Shown here one piece after another: positions 38,276-47,900 of a stretch of 64,000 nucleotides of DNA. The stretch spans positions 2,304,001 through 2,368,000 of the forward strand of contig OY969767.1 of assembly GCA_963702895.1 (NCBI GenBank), written 5' to 3'. The position numbers were made by a program, and so were the translations under genes. This stretch comes from an uncultured Elusimicrobia bacterium. GTDB taxonomy: Bacteria; Elusimicrobiota; Elusimicrobia; 2-01-FULL-59-12. The notes beneath the pieces are model-generated. The model ran no database searches. It saw only the letters and a program-made list of their open reading frames with translations, and was not told the origin of the DNA. Position 1 is the first letter of the stretch. Each line of letters starts with the position of its first letter.

Positions 38276-39202
38276 TTAGAGTCCCGTCAGGGACTGCAGC
38301 TCCCGAACGGATTCCGCCGACTTCTTGAGGGCGGCGAGCTCTTCCGTCTGGAGTTTCAGAGGAATGATTTGCTCCAGGCCCTTGGCTCCGAGCTTCACAG
38401 GCACGCCAACATAAACGTCTTTTAGCCCAAATTCTCCCTCGAGCCAGACCGCACAGGGGAGAATTTGCTTCTTGTCGTAGAGAATCGCTTCGGCCATTTG
38501 CACGGCGGCGGCGCTCGGAGCGTAGAACGCGCTGCCGGTTTTCAAGAGCCCCACAATCTCCGCTCCGCCATTGGCTGTTCGCTTCACGATCGCGTCGATT
38601 TTTTCCTTGGGGAGGATCTCCGTAATCGGCACGCCGCTCACCGTCGTATAGCGCGGCAGCGGCACCATGGTGTCCCCGTGGCCGCCCAGCACAAAAGCAT
38701 TCACGTTTTTCACGGAAGTCTTGAGTTCCTGGGCGATGAACGTCGCCATGCGGGCGGAATCAAGCACCCCGGCCATGCCGATCACGCGCTCCCGGGGAAA
38801 ACCCGTGACCTGTTTCATGACATAACACATGGCATCCAGCGGGTTGGACACGACGATCACCAAGGCGTCGGGGGAGGTCTTTTTGATTTGTTCCGCTACC
38901 GCTTTGACGATGCCGGTGTTGGTTTTCAGTAAATCGTCACGGCTCATTCCGGGTTTCCTGGCAATGCCGGCGGTCACAATAAAGAGGTCAGAGCCTGCGG
39001 TGGGTCCGTAGTCGTTGGCTCCGGTGATCTGGGCATCCGAGCCCACGATCGGACCCACCTGCATCAAATCGAGAGCTTTGCCCTGGGGCATCCCCTCCAG
39101 CACGTCGACCAAAACAACATCGAAGCTTCCCTTTGGGGCAAGCCACGCAGCCGCGCTCGCGCCGACATGGCCGGCGCCCACAACGGTAATTTTCTTTTTC
39201 AC
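38276..39202 (-). CDS. mdh: Malate dehydrogenase (LDH-like type)
   Basis: [31 protein letters not shown]. Confidence 0.95.
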   Translation of the reverse strand: MKKKITVVGAGHVGASAAAWLAPKGSFDVVLVDVLEGMPQGKALDLMQVGPIVGSDAQITGANDYGPTAGSDLFIVTAGIARKPGMSRDDLLKTNTGIVKAVAEQIKKTSPDALVIVVSNPLDAMCYVMKQVTGFPRERVIGMAGVLDSARMATFIAQELKTSVKNVNAFVLGGHGDTMVPLPRYTTVSGVPITEILPKEKIDAIVKRTANGGAEIVGLLKTGSAFYAPSAAAVQMAEAILYDKKQILPCAVWLEGEFGLKDVYVGVPVKLGAKGLEQIIPLKLQTEELAALKKSAESVRELQSLTGL

Positions 39203-39235
39203 GTACAGGGATTATATCAGGCGTTCGAGACGGAT

Positions 39236-40411
39236 TTAAGCGGCTTTGGCTTCCTCGATGCGAAGGATATCGAGGTAGGCTTTGGCCACCTCGGGATGGA
39301 ACTTCCTGCCGGACTGTTCGCCGAGGATCGCCTGGATTTGCTCGGGAGCGTAGCCGTTCATGCGCATCTCTTCACTCTGCTCGATAATCGAGAGAATGTG
39401 GCCGCCCAGAGGGATCTCCTCCCCCTTGAGCCCTCTGGGAAATCCCGAGCCATCAAAACATTCATGATGAAACTGGATGAGGCCAGCGGCGCCCTTTAAA
39501 ATATCGATGCCTTTGATCATGTCTGCGCCAATCATGGGGTGTGTTTGCTCCATATGGGGTGTTTCCATGATCAGGATTCGGGACATGTTCCATTCCCCCG
39601 TGACCTTCAGGAACCCGACATCATGCAGAAGCGCGGAGTAGTAGAGGTCCTTGAGGACTTGCCCCTCAAGACCCAGCTTGCGTCCAAGCGTCGTGGCTCT
39701 TTGGGCAAAGCGCCAGCAGTGGCCCGCCATGCGCGAGTCGCGGGCCTCAATAGCGCTGATTAAGATCTCGATGGTGTTGGAATAAAAGTTGCGGAATCCT
39801 CCGACCACGCGCGCGTTGGCGATGGCGAGGGCCGCCAAGCTCGCCAAGCTCTCGAGAAGCGCTTTGTCCGCTTCCGAAAAGCCGTCCGTGGACTTTTTAT
39901 TGAGGACTTCCACGACGCCCACCAGGTCCCCCCCCGCCATCATGGGAACGCACAAGAGCGATCTCGTTTTAAATCCGGAGGACTGATCGTGTTGCCCGGT
40001 AAAGCGGGGGTCTTGGGTGACGTCATTGACGAGCACGGTGTCCCGGTTTTGAGCGACCCATCCCGCGATGCCCTCCCCGACCTTAATGCGGAACTTGGTG
40101 ACCATTCCTCCTCGTTCCCCCGTGGCCACTTTGAAGAAGAGATGATGCTGGTCTTCATCGAGGAGCATAATGGAGGAGGCTTCACACAAAAACATTTGTT
40201 CCGCGGACTGTCCGATCCGCTTGAGGAGCGCATCGACATCCAGGGTGGAGGCCAGGCCCTTCGCCAGGGCAAAGAGCTCCTTCACAAAGTTTTCTTCCCC
40301 TGTCGCCGACCAACCCTCCGCGCCTGAAGGAGCCCCGCAACGATGGCAGAACCGCGCTTCCGGCGCGAGCTCCTTTTTACAGTGATTGCAGCTGATGAGG
40401 GCGTGGTCCAT
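39236..40411 (-). CDS. Zinc-ribbon + GAF + HD-GYP-like protein
   Basis: CxxC..CxxC; GEGIAGWV..D.RF..VLNK GAF; LHDVG, HHECFDGSGFP. Confidence 0.85.
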   Translation of the reverse strand: MDHALISCNHCKKELAPEARFCHRCGAPSGAEGWSATGEENFVKELFALAKGLASTLDVDALLKRIGQSAEQMFLCEASSIMLLDEDQHHLFFKVATGERGGMVTKFRIKVGEGIAGWVAQNRDTVLVNDVTQDPRFTGQHDQSSGFKTRSLLCVPMMAGGDLVGVVEVLNKKSTDGFSEADKALLESLASLAALAIANARVVGGFRNFYSNTIEILISAIEARDSRMAGHCWRFAQRATTLGRKLGLEGQVLKDLYYSALLHDVGFLKVTGEWNMSRILIMETPHMEQTHPMIGADMIKGIDILKGAAGLIQFHHECFDGSGFPRGLKGEEIPLGGHILSIIEQSEEMRMNGYAPEQIQAILGEQSGRKFHPEVAKAYLDILRIEEAKAA

Positions 40412-40415
40412 GAGC

Positions 40416-42185
40416 TTATTCTCCGGAGGTTGCCACCGAAAACACCTCTTCGAGCGTCGTGACGCCCAGGGTGACTTTCATCAGACCATCCTGGAAGAGG
40501 CCGCGCATGCCGCCCTTGAGCCCGAGTTCACGAAGGGGGCCCGCCGCCACCTCCGTCAAACAGAGAGCCCGTATTTCGTTATTGACCACGAGCAGCTCAT
40601 GCAGAGCCGCTCTCCCTTTATAGCCAGTCAGATTGCATGTGCCGCATCCCCTCCCTTTAAAAAACGTAGCTTTGGAAATATCGATTTTATTGTCCTCAAA
40701 GACTTTCAACATTTCGGGGGGGGCCTTCAGGGGCTCCTTGCAGTCTTTGCAAACGCGCCGCACGAGGCGCTGCGCGAGCACCGCCTCGATGGCGGAGGCG
40801 ACCAAAAAGTTGGGAACACCCATCTCATGAAGCCGCGCCACGGCGCTTGGCGCATCATTGGTGTGAATCGTGGAAAAGACGAGGTGGCCGGTCATGGCCG
40901 CCTCCATGGCGATCTGCGCTGTCTCTTTGTCTCGAATTTCACCGACCATCACGATATCAGGGTCTTGTCTCAAAAACGCACGCAGGGCGATGGCAAAATC
41001 AAAACCAATTTCTTGATTAACGTTGACCTGCACAATTCCCGGCAAGTTATATTCGACCGGGTTTTCCGCCGTGAGGATTTTCATGTCCGGCGTATTGATG
41101 GAGTTGAGCGCCGCGTAGAGCGTCGTGGATTTGCCGGACCCGGTGGGACCGCACACCAGGACCAGCCCATAGGGCCTCTGCAGGATTTCCTTGAAGCGGT
41201 TCAACGTATCGGGGAGGAACCCCATCTTGCCCATGTCCACCTGGATGGAGCTGCGATCAAGGACGCGCATGACGCAGGCTTCTCCAAAAACGGTGGGGAC
41301 CATGTTGACTCGAAATTCAATAGGATTTCCTCTGGCCGTGACCTGGATGCGACCGTCCTGGGGTTTGCGCCTTTCCGTAATGTCCATCTGGTTGGTCATG
41401 ATCTTGATTTTCGCGATCAGTGCATTGCGATAGGGGTAGGGGAGCGCGAACGGCGCCTCTCGCAGGGACCCGTCAATGCGATACCGAAGGACAAGCTTCT
41501 TCTCAAAGGGTTCGATGTGAATGTCGGAGGCCTTCTGCTGCAGCGCGCCCAAGATAATCGCGTTGACGAGCTTCTCGACCTCCGGCGCGTCTGCGGAGAC
41601 TTCTGCGACATCCGCGAGTTCCTCTTGGATGCCGCCGACGGTCAGCTCATCCGAACCCGATCCGCTTGCGCCTGCAGCGACGCCCTTAATAATGTCCTCG
41701 ACACTGACATCCGCGGTGGCCGCCGAGGTCGAGACGCCATACGCCTTGTCCAAAAGAGCTCCAATGTCGTCCGGGAGGGCCAAATACGGCTGGACCTCAA
41801 AGCCGGTCCTGAGCTGGATGTCCTCGACGGCAAAGAAATCGCGGGGATCCACCATGGCCACAAAAAGGACATTTTCTTCCTTGGCAAAAGGGGTCGCCTT
41901 GTGGCGCCTGGCGGTCGCCTCGGGAATGACTTTGACCACATCCAAATCGACCTCGATATCCGTGAGATTGACCGCCTTGATGCGCCATTCCTCGGAGAGC
42001 GCCTTGAGGACAACCGTCTTATCCAGTATTTTTCGTTTCACCACCGCCTGCTGAAGGGTGATATCGCCTTTGCGACACTCTTCCACCGCCGGCTGAAGCT
42101 GGCTTTCTGTCACGAGCTTCCGACTGAGGAGGATCTCGATGACGCCTTTCGGGTTCGAGGCGCCTTTGGGAGAGGGCAGAGACAT
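40416..42185 (-). CDS. GspE/PilB-family secretion or type IV pilus assembly ATPase
   Basis: ASDIHIEP, GPTGSGKST, LRQDPD..GEIRD, TGHLVFST, tetracysteine motif. Confidence 0.95.
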   Translation of the reverse strand: MSLPSPKGASNPKGVIEILLSRKLVTESQLQPAVEECRKGDITLQQAVVKRKILDKTVVLKALSEEWRIKAVNLTDIEVDLDVVKVIPEATARRHKATPFAKEENVLFVAMVDPRDFFAVEDIQLRTGFEVQPYLALPDDIGALLDKAYGVSTSAATADVSVEDIIKGVAAGASGSGSDELTVGGIQEELADVAEVSADAPEVEKLVNAIILGALQQKASDIHIEPFEKKLVLRYRIDGSLREAPFALPYPYRNALIAKIKIMTNQMDITERRKPQDGRIQVTARGNPIEFRVNMVPTVFGEACVMRVLDRSSIQVDMGKMGFLPDTLNRFKEILQRPYGLVLVCGPTGSGKSTTLYAALNSINTPDMKILTAENPVEYNLPGIVQVNVNQEIGFDFAIALRAFLRQDPDIVMVGEIRDKETAQIAMEAAMTGHLVFSTIHTNDAPSAVARLHEMGVPNFLVASAIEAVLAQRLVRRVCKDCKEPLKAPPEMLKVFEDNKIDISKATFFKGRGCGTCNLTGYKGRAALHELLVVNNEIRALCLTEVAAGPLRELGLKGGMRGLFQDGLMKVTLGVTTLEEVFSVATSGE

Positions 42186-42186
42186 C

Positions 42187-42543
42187 TTAATTCACGTCCT
42201 TCATTTCAATTCGGTCGCCCACTCGGGTGCCTGTGCGCGCGAGGCTTCCTTCCGGCAACTCGAGGGCTCCCGCGCTCCTCCAGTAGACGCGGGAGAGCCG
42301 CCAGGGACGGTGCGTTTGTCCTCCTAGCACGGTCCCTTGCCGGTCTAAAAACAACACATCGATGGCATAACGCATGAGGAAGGTATGGACGGATTTACAC
42401 GGACTTACATACATCCCTTCGCCTTCACCCAGCGATGGGGTGGACAAGAGACCGATCGCGCGCTCCAGAAGAGAAGTCGCGACACGTATGTTCCGCCCAA
42501 GATCGACATTCCGGGTGGCATTCCGAACGGAGATATGCCTCAT
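42187..42543 (-). CDS. DUF192 family protein
   Basis: RAIGL, VHTFLMRYAIDVLFLD, ALELPEG. Confidence 0.85.
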   Translation of the reverse strand: MRHISVRNATRNVDLGRNIRVATSLLERAIGLLSTPSLGEGEGMYVSPCKSVHTFLMRYAIDVLFLDRQGTVLGGQTHRPWRLSRVYWRSAGALELPEGSLARTGTRVGDRIEMKDVN

Positions 42544-42612
42544 ACAGGGCCTAGTTTACAGGGGTAGAGGGCAAATGCAATGGTTTTTTCGCGATAAATG
42601 AATGTGTTATTA

Positions 42613-42791
42613 CAGCAGAATAGGCAGACCAGCAGAAAAGCCAAGACAGCAGAATAGCCACCATCTCTCCATGCAGGAGCAACTTTTTGTCATTGAGCAT
42701 CTTCCGCCGTGATGGTATCTCCGCTGTCTAGGCTATTCTGCCTTACTGGCTATTCTGATGTTATGGCTTTTCTGATGTTCTGGATTGTCTG
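42613..42791. repeat. Inverted arrays of 17-bp-period repeats (core CAGAATAGCC)
   Basis: Copies at 42613, 42630, 42647; inverted copies at 42731, 42748, 42765, 42782. Confidence 0.85.
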
Positions 42792-42801
42792 TCGTTGGTT
42801 C

Positions 42802-43614
42802 TTACTGGGAGTGTTCGCTGACCTGAACGTCTTTTCGCAAAGGGAGGCTCAAGCTCACCGCCTCGAGGAGCCCGGACGCCAGGGCCCCCCCGTAATAGAT
42901 CCACCACTGGTTCGGGACCTTAAAGAAGACCAGCACGCCTGTGAGCAGCATGGACACCGGAAAGGCGAAGACGGCGGCGGACAAATAATAGAGCTTCCGG
43001 GGCATGTTATCGTAGACGGCCCCTTTTTCTTCCGGATAATGGCGGGCATGGCGATAGACAATCACCCCAGCGAGGAGCAATAAGAAGACCGGGTCAATAA
43101 AGCGTAGTACAAAAACGATCGACATGAGCGCTTTGGCGTGAGGGTCTTCCGCTTTAAACCAGACCCCATCGTACGCGGGATAATTGCCCAGGCGGAAAAT
43201 CTCCACCGCCCCTCCCATGGCACGGGCGTTCAGGGTGACAAAGACGATTCCCAAGATAAATCCGAGGGTGAAGATCCCCGCGACGAATTTACGAGGAACG
43301 CGCTCGGAGCCGAAGCAGAGGCTGATCATGGCGACGAAAACCGCCGGGGCAAAGAGCGCCATCATGCAGAACTCCCGCAAACTGTTGATGACCAGCGGCA
43401 TCGGGTGCGGTCCCAGCAGGATCTGAAGGGGACGGCTGATGAGGTAGGCGCCAAAAAAAGCGAAGCCCCAAGACGCTCCCTTGTAGGTTTTTTCTCCCGT
43501 CACAAGGATCCGCATCGGAGCGATGTGAGAAGTGTAGCGCGCCAGCCCAAAGAAGGTGATGCCCGCGCTGATCGGAAGCGCGACATTGGCCAGGACCAGC
43601 CAAAAATCTCTCAT
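42802..43614 (-). CDS. Hypothetical membrane protein (about 7 TM)
   Basis: Seven hydrophobic segments; ATGA overlap with the glyS stop. Confidence 0.75.
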   Translation of the reverse strand: MRDFWLVLANVALPISAGITFFGLARYTSHIAPMRILVTGEKTYKGASWGFAFFGAYLISRPLQILLGPHPMPLVINSLREFCMMALFAPAVFVAMISLCFGSERVPRKFVAGIFTLGFILGIVFVTLNARAMGGAVEIFRLGNYPAYDGVWFKAEDPHAKALMSIVFVLRFIDPVFLLLLAGVIVYRHARHYPEEKGAVYDNMPRKLYYLSAAVFAFPVSMLLTGVLVFFKVPNQWWIYYGGALASGLLEAVSLSLPLRKDVQVSEHSQ

Positions 43615-45740
43615 GCCTCGACCTTCATTCCTGATTGTTGTAATTTGGAAAAATCCGCGATCTGGCTGAAGAGGCCCACCAGGCGCTTCATGAGCGCTAA
43701 GCGATTGGCGCGCAGGGCCGGGTCATCGGCCATGACCATGACGCCATTAAAAAATCCATCCAGAGGGTCCCGCAAGGGCACCATGGTCTCCAGCGCCTGC
43801 CGGTAAGCTTGCTGCGCGAGGTGCCGGGACACTTCCTCTCCTGCAAACTCCATGGCCTCGTACAGCGATTGCTCGCACGGCTCCCGAAAGAGACTGGGTT
43901 GGATGGGAACACTTTCCGCGCGCTCCCCGCCCTTAAAAGCTTGACGGACGATGTTCATGCCCCGCTTAAACGAAACCGATAAAGGCTCAAACTCTTTTTT
44001 CTTGCGAAGTTCATGTAGAGCCTCCAGCCGCGCGATGGCTTCGGGCACGAGACCCACGCTCGTGGAGAGCACCGCGTCAATCTCATCACTCTTAAAGCCC
44101 CGCTCTTCCAGAAGGGCAGAAAAACGCTGGAGCATGAAGATTTTCAGTTTTTGTTGGGTATCGTCCGATTGGCTTTGGGCATGGGCTGGCTGCAAACCGA
44201 CGCTCTGCTCCACCAACCATTCCAAACGCCAGGGCCAGCGGGAAGCTTCCAAGATCCTGAGCACCCCCACGGCTGCTCTTCTCAATCCATAAGGATCCGC
44301 CGATCCAGAAGGGATGAGTCCAACGGCAAAGTCGCCTGCCAGAGTGTCCAGCTTATCCGCCAAGGCCACGAGCGAAGCGATGGGAGACGAGGGCAGCTGG
44401 CTGGTGAGCGTCATCGGATGGTAATGTTCCTCGAGCGCCCGGGAGACCGCCGCGTCTTCACCATCGGCCTCCGCGTAGAGCCTTGCGACAACGCCCTGAA
44501 GCTCGGGGAACTCGCGCACCATATCGGTCACCAGATCCGCCTTGCAGAGGTCCGCCGCCCGAAGGGCCTTCGCCAGGTCCTCCAGCCCGCCCGCCGCTGA
44601 GGAGAACGCCTCGATGAGTTTTTTAACTCTTTCTTTTTTGTCGAAGAGATGCCCTAATTTTTCCTGGAAGATGACGCCTTTCAAAGCTTCCACGCGGGAC
44701 GCGAGCGTCTGGCGCCGGTCATGGTCATAGAAAAAGCGGGCGTCGGCGAGCCGTGCAGCCAGCACCCGCTCATAGCCCTCACGGACCATCTCCTGGTGGA
44801 CGGACATCCCGTTACGGATCCCGACAAAGTGCGGCAGAAGATGGCCGCCCGAGGCCTCTTCGACAGGAAAATACTTTTGGTGGTGTTCGAGACACGTCAC
44901 GAGAACTTCCTTGGGAAGCTTTAAATAACCCGCTTCGAAATTGCCGAGGATGGCCACAGGATGCTCGACCAATTGGGTGACCAGCTCAAGCAGGGGCTGC
45001 GACATATGGACCTTCCCGTGGATACGCTTCACCGTCTGATCCGCCAAGCGACGGATGGTCTCCCGGCGCGTTTCGGATTCTACGAGAACACACTGGTTTT
45101 TGAGAGTCATGACATATTTGGACGCTTGCGTGACTTGCACCTTCTTGGGGGCCCAGGGCCCAAGGCCGAGCGTCCAGCGTGCTGAACGTACGCCCGCGAG
45201 CGCAAACGACACAAGATCGGGTCCATAGAGGGCGCAAATCCAACGGATGGGACGCGGGTATCGGAAATTCGAGGGTTCCCAGACCATGGACTTCGGAAAT
45301 TCGAGTTTCGTGATCCATTGGGGAAAAAGATCAGCGAGGAGCTGCCTGGCGGGAACTCCTTTAAGGTGGAGCACGGCACTCACTTTGCCATTTTCGATTT
45401 GGAGCTCGGAAGGTTTGAGTCCCTGCTTGCGCGCAAAACCGAGAGCGGCCGGCGACCATTGTCCCTGCGCGTCCTGCGCAACCTGAACCGGCGGTCCGGA
45501 GACACGCTTTTCTTGGTCCGGCGAGCGATCGGGAAGGCCATGAAGAACGACCGCAAGACGCCGCGGTGTCCCAAAAACTTCAACGCGGTCATACTTCATC
45601 CCGCTTGCCTTCAGGGACTCTTCTGCGAGTCGCGAAAGTTGCTCAAGGGCCGGCGCGATAAAGGAAGCGGGGAGCTCTTCGGAACCAATCTCCAATAGGG
45701 CATCCGACGTGCGACGTCCGAGGTCTGGAGCCTTGGTCAT
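43611..45740 (-). CDS. glyS: Glycine--tRNA ligase beta subunit
   Basis: [39 protein letters not shown]. Confidence 0.97.
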   Translation of the reverse strand: MTKAPDLGRRTSDALLEIGSEELPASFIAPALEQLSRLAEESLKASGMKYDRVEVFGTPRRLAVVLHGLPDRSPDQEKRVSGPPVQVAQDAQGQWSPAALGFARKQGLKPSELQIENGKVSAVLHLKGVPARQLLADLFPQWITKLEFPKSMVWEPSNFRYPRPIRWICALYGPDLVSFALAGVRSARWTLGLGPWAPKKVQVTQASKYVMTLKNQCVLVESETRRETIRRLADQTVKRIHGKVHMSQPLLELVTQLVEHPVAILGNFEAGYLKLPKEVLVTCLEHHQKYFPVEEASGGHLLPHFVGIRNGMSVHQEMVREGYERVLAARLADARFFYDHDRRQTLASRVEALKGVIFQEKLGHLFDKKERVKKLIEAFSSAAGGLEDLAKALRAADLCKADLVTDMVREFPELQGVVARLYAEADGEDAAVSRALEEHYHPMTLTSQLPSSPIASLVALADKLDTLAGDFAVGLIPSGSADPYGLRRAAVGVLRILEASRWPWRLEWLVEQSVGLQPAHAQSQSDDTQQKLKIFMLQRFSALLEERGFKSDEIDAVLSTSVGLVPEAIARLEALHELRKKKEFEPLSVSFKRGMNIVRQAFKGGERAESVPIQPSLFREPCEQSLYEAMEFAGEEVSRHLAQQAYRQALETMVPLRDPLDGFFNGVMVMADDPALRANRLALMKRLVGLFSQIADFSKLQQSGMKVEA

Positions 45741-45780
45741 GGGGCGAGGGCCTCGGACGTCGGACGTTGGACATCGGACG
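45703..45780. repeat. Family C heptamer inverted array straddling the glyQ stop / glyS start
   Basis: tccgacgtgcgacgtccgagg .. cctcggacgtcggacgttggacatcggacg. Confidence 0.8.
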
Positions 45781-46612
45781 ATTGGACGTAAGCCTGAGCG
45801 ACGGCGCAGGCGAGCGCCCGCACGCGCGCGATATAAGTGACACGCTCTGAAACGGAGATGGCCCCGCGCGCGTCGAGCAAATTAAACGTATGGGAGCATT
45901 TCATGACCTGCTCATAGGCAGGCTTCACAAGACCCGCAGCCAGCAGGCGTTTGGACTCCCGCTCATAATTCGTAAAGCTCTGGCGCAGGAGGTCCACATC
46001 CGCCAGCTCAAAGTTGTATTTCGAAAACTGTTTTTCATCTTCCAGGTGCATTTCCCCATAGGTGGTTTTGGCCGTCCAGAGCACGTCAAAGACGTTATTT
46101 TTCTTTTGGGAGTACATGGCGAGGCGCTCCAGGCCATAGGTGAGCTCCACTGAAATCGGGTCAAGCTTGACTCCCCCGATTTCTTGAAAATAGGTGAACT
46201 GCGTGATCTCCATGCCGTCCAGCCAAACCTCCCAGCCCAACCCCCAGGCGCCCAGTGTCGGAGATTCCCAGTCGTCTTCCACAAAGCGGATGTCGTGCTG
46301 TTTGGGGTCGATGCCGATCGCCCGCAAAGAGGCCAGGTAGAGCGCCTGGACATTTGAAGGAGAGGGCTTCAGGATCACCTGGTACTGGTAATAATGCTGG
46401 AGGCGATTAGGGTTGTCGCCATAACGGCCATCGGTGGGACGCCGGCTGGGCTCGACATAGGCCACTTTCCAGGGTTTGGGGGTCAGGCACTCGAGGAACG
46501 TCGCGGGGTTGAAGGTCCCGGCGCCTTTTTCGATGTCGTAAGGCTGCCACAGAAGGCATCCCTGCTTCGCCCAGTATTTATGAAGGGTCAGGATGATGTC
46601 TTGAAAGGTCAC
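45737..46612 (-). CDS. glyQ: Glycine--tRNA ligase alpha subunit
   Basis: [45 protein letters not shown] start. Confidence 0.97.
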   Translation of the reverse strand: MTFQDIILTLHKYWAKQGCLLWQPYDIEKGAGTFNPATFLECLTPKPWKVAYVEPSRRPTDGRYGDNPNRLQHYYQYQVILKPSPSNVQALYLASLRAIGIDPKQHDIRFVEDDWESPTLGAWGLGWEVWLDGMEITQFTYFQEIGGVKLDPISVELTYGLERLAMYSQKKNNVFDVLWTAKTTYGEMHLEDEKQFSKYNFELADVDLLRQSFTNYERESKRLLAAGLVKPAYEQVMKCSHTFNLLDARGAISVSERVTYIARVRALACAVAQAYVQSSDVQRPTSEALAP

Positions 46613-46716
46613 CCCACCACCTCTTTTCCAACCCTTGATCGCGCAAGCGAGCAAGGCCCGGTCGCGACGGCGACCGGGATTCGCTCCCGCGAATGTTGCA
46701 AAAGAGGTGGTGGGGT
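46611..46716. other. Perfect four-way junction structure in the recO-glyQ spacer
   Basis: 21/22-bp closing stem plus three contiguous hairpins (46633-46656, 46657-46678, 46679-46694). Confidence 0.8.
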
Positions 46717-47375
46717 CATATTTCAACTCCTGCCAGCTGTCTAAAACGGTTCACGTGCAAAGGTCGGGCCAGATGATCCGTGACGGTTGCCCCGGCCAGA
46801 TGCTCTACGGCCGTGAGCGCGGGGCCCTTCCAATTTTCCCGGGCCAGCACTTCCAAGGGAGCGTTTTTGAGCGCGCCCGCCCAGATCGGGTGCTTTTCCT
46901 CCAAATCCATCCAGGAGTCCCGGTGATCTAAACCCAGTCCCGCCGCCGCCAGAAACCGTACCGCAAAGGCCAGGCGCAGAACCCCCAGATAAGGCGCCGT
47001 CGTCAAAGCGTTCAATGTCTCTTTCAAGAGCGCAAACTTATCCGGACTGGGCTGTTCTTCGGGGGTGAGCCGCTGGACCACTTCGCAGACCCAGGACGCC
47101 GCCGTCGTGCGCGCCACTTCCGTACGAAGAGCGGGGTAGCTGGAGACCATGCGGCCCCCGGTGATTTTCCCCCACCCTCGTCCAGGCACAAGATAAAGCG
47201 CGAGATCGCTTTCCACAAAAGGCTCTGTGAGCGCAGAGAACTTGGCGGTGGCGCGCGCAGCACTGGTCGCCTTGGCCGTCAAGCGGCCCATTTCACGCGT
47301 AAAAAGCCCGACGATTTTATCCGCCTCGCGACTTCGCCGGGACCACAACACGACCGCACGCACATTATGAATCAT
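46716..47375 (-). CDS. recO: DNA repair protein RecO
   Basis: [18 protein letters not shown] motifs; canonical position before glyQ; no Zn-finger cysteines. Confidence 0.88.
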   Translation of the reverse strand: MIHNVRAVVLWSRRSREADKIVGLFTREMGRLTAKATSAARATAKFSALTEPFVESDLALYLVPGRGWGKITGGRMVSSYPALRTEVARTTAASWVCEVVQRLTPEEQPSPDKFALLKETLNALTTAPYLGVLRLAFAVRFLAAAGLGLDHRDSWMDLEEKHPIWAGALKNAPLEVLARENWKGPALTAVEHLAGATVTDHLARPLHVNRFRQLAGVEI

Positions 47376-47385
47376 ACTCTTGAGA

Positions 47386-47643
47386 GAGAGTGTGCCATAT
47401 CTGGCCCTTGCCCTTCCAGCCCATCCAGCCAATCCCCGATTGACTTCCAGAAAGTTATGCGCCACGCTCATGCCTGTGAATCGCATTTCCCTTAGCTTTG
47501 TCTTCGGTTTAGGGATCGTTTTTCAGGACGGTCTTGATCGGATGAATGATCGTTTCGGCTGGCTCCCCTCGTCGGCCATGGCAAACCTCAGCTTCATTGC
47601 TCTGCAGTATGTCTTTCTTCTCATCTCAGGCTTCAACAGACTC
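47386..47643 (-). pseudogene. Possible internally deleted IS1182/IS5-like remnant
   Basis: Weak ends GAGTCTGTTGAA / GAGAGTGTGCCA; fragment ..SVAHNFL resembles a transposase C-terminus; no TSD. Confidence 0.25.
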
Positions 47644-47683
47644 CAAAATTCTCCCGCTTCTTAATCCCCAAGGAAGGTCGAAA

Positions 47684-47696
47684 GGGGTCTGACCCC
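47684..47696. repeat. Short REP-like palindrome GGGGTCTGACCCC
   Basis: Perfect 6-1-6 palindrome. Confidence 0.5.
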
Positions 47697-47900
47697 AAGC
47701 GATATTCCCCTACCAAAACGACACCCGTCGATTGCGCGAACGGGGGTGTTCGGGGGATGTTCCTAGGTTGGTCGAAGGGCCTATTCAAGACAACAAAAGA
47801 CCCATATCTTTTTGGCCAAAAGGCATCTGGAAAGCGTCTCATAATCCGCCTAAAATTAAGTACCTCGAACGCGCGCGCATTACGCGCGTTCGATGTATCT

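Noticed and set aside
40386..42377. 663-aa plus-strand ORF
   Set aside because: Antisense shadow of the PilB/GspE ATPase; no motifs of its own
42613..42791. CRISPR array interpretation
   Set aside because: 17-bp period, inverted halves, no spacers of CRISPR length, no cas genes
46611..46716. tRNA or T-box interpretation
   Set aside because: No D/T-loop consensus, no 7-nt anticodon loop, no UGGNACC T-box bulge or terminator
46613..46726. Upstream in-frame extensions of glyQ (and similarly of recO, ybeY, the HD protein, PorV, DUF3999 and NlpC/P60)
   Set aside because: They overlap neighbours or structured spacers and precede the recognisable family N-termini
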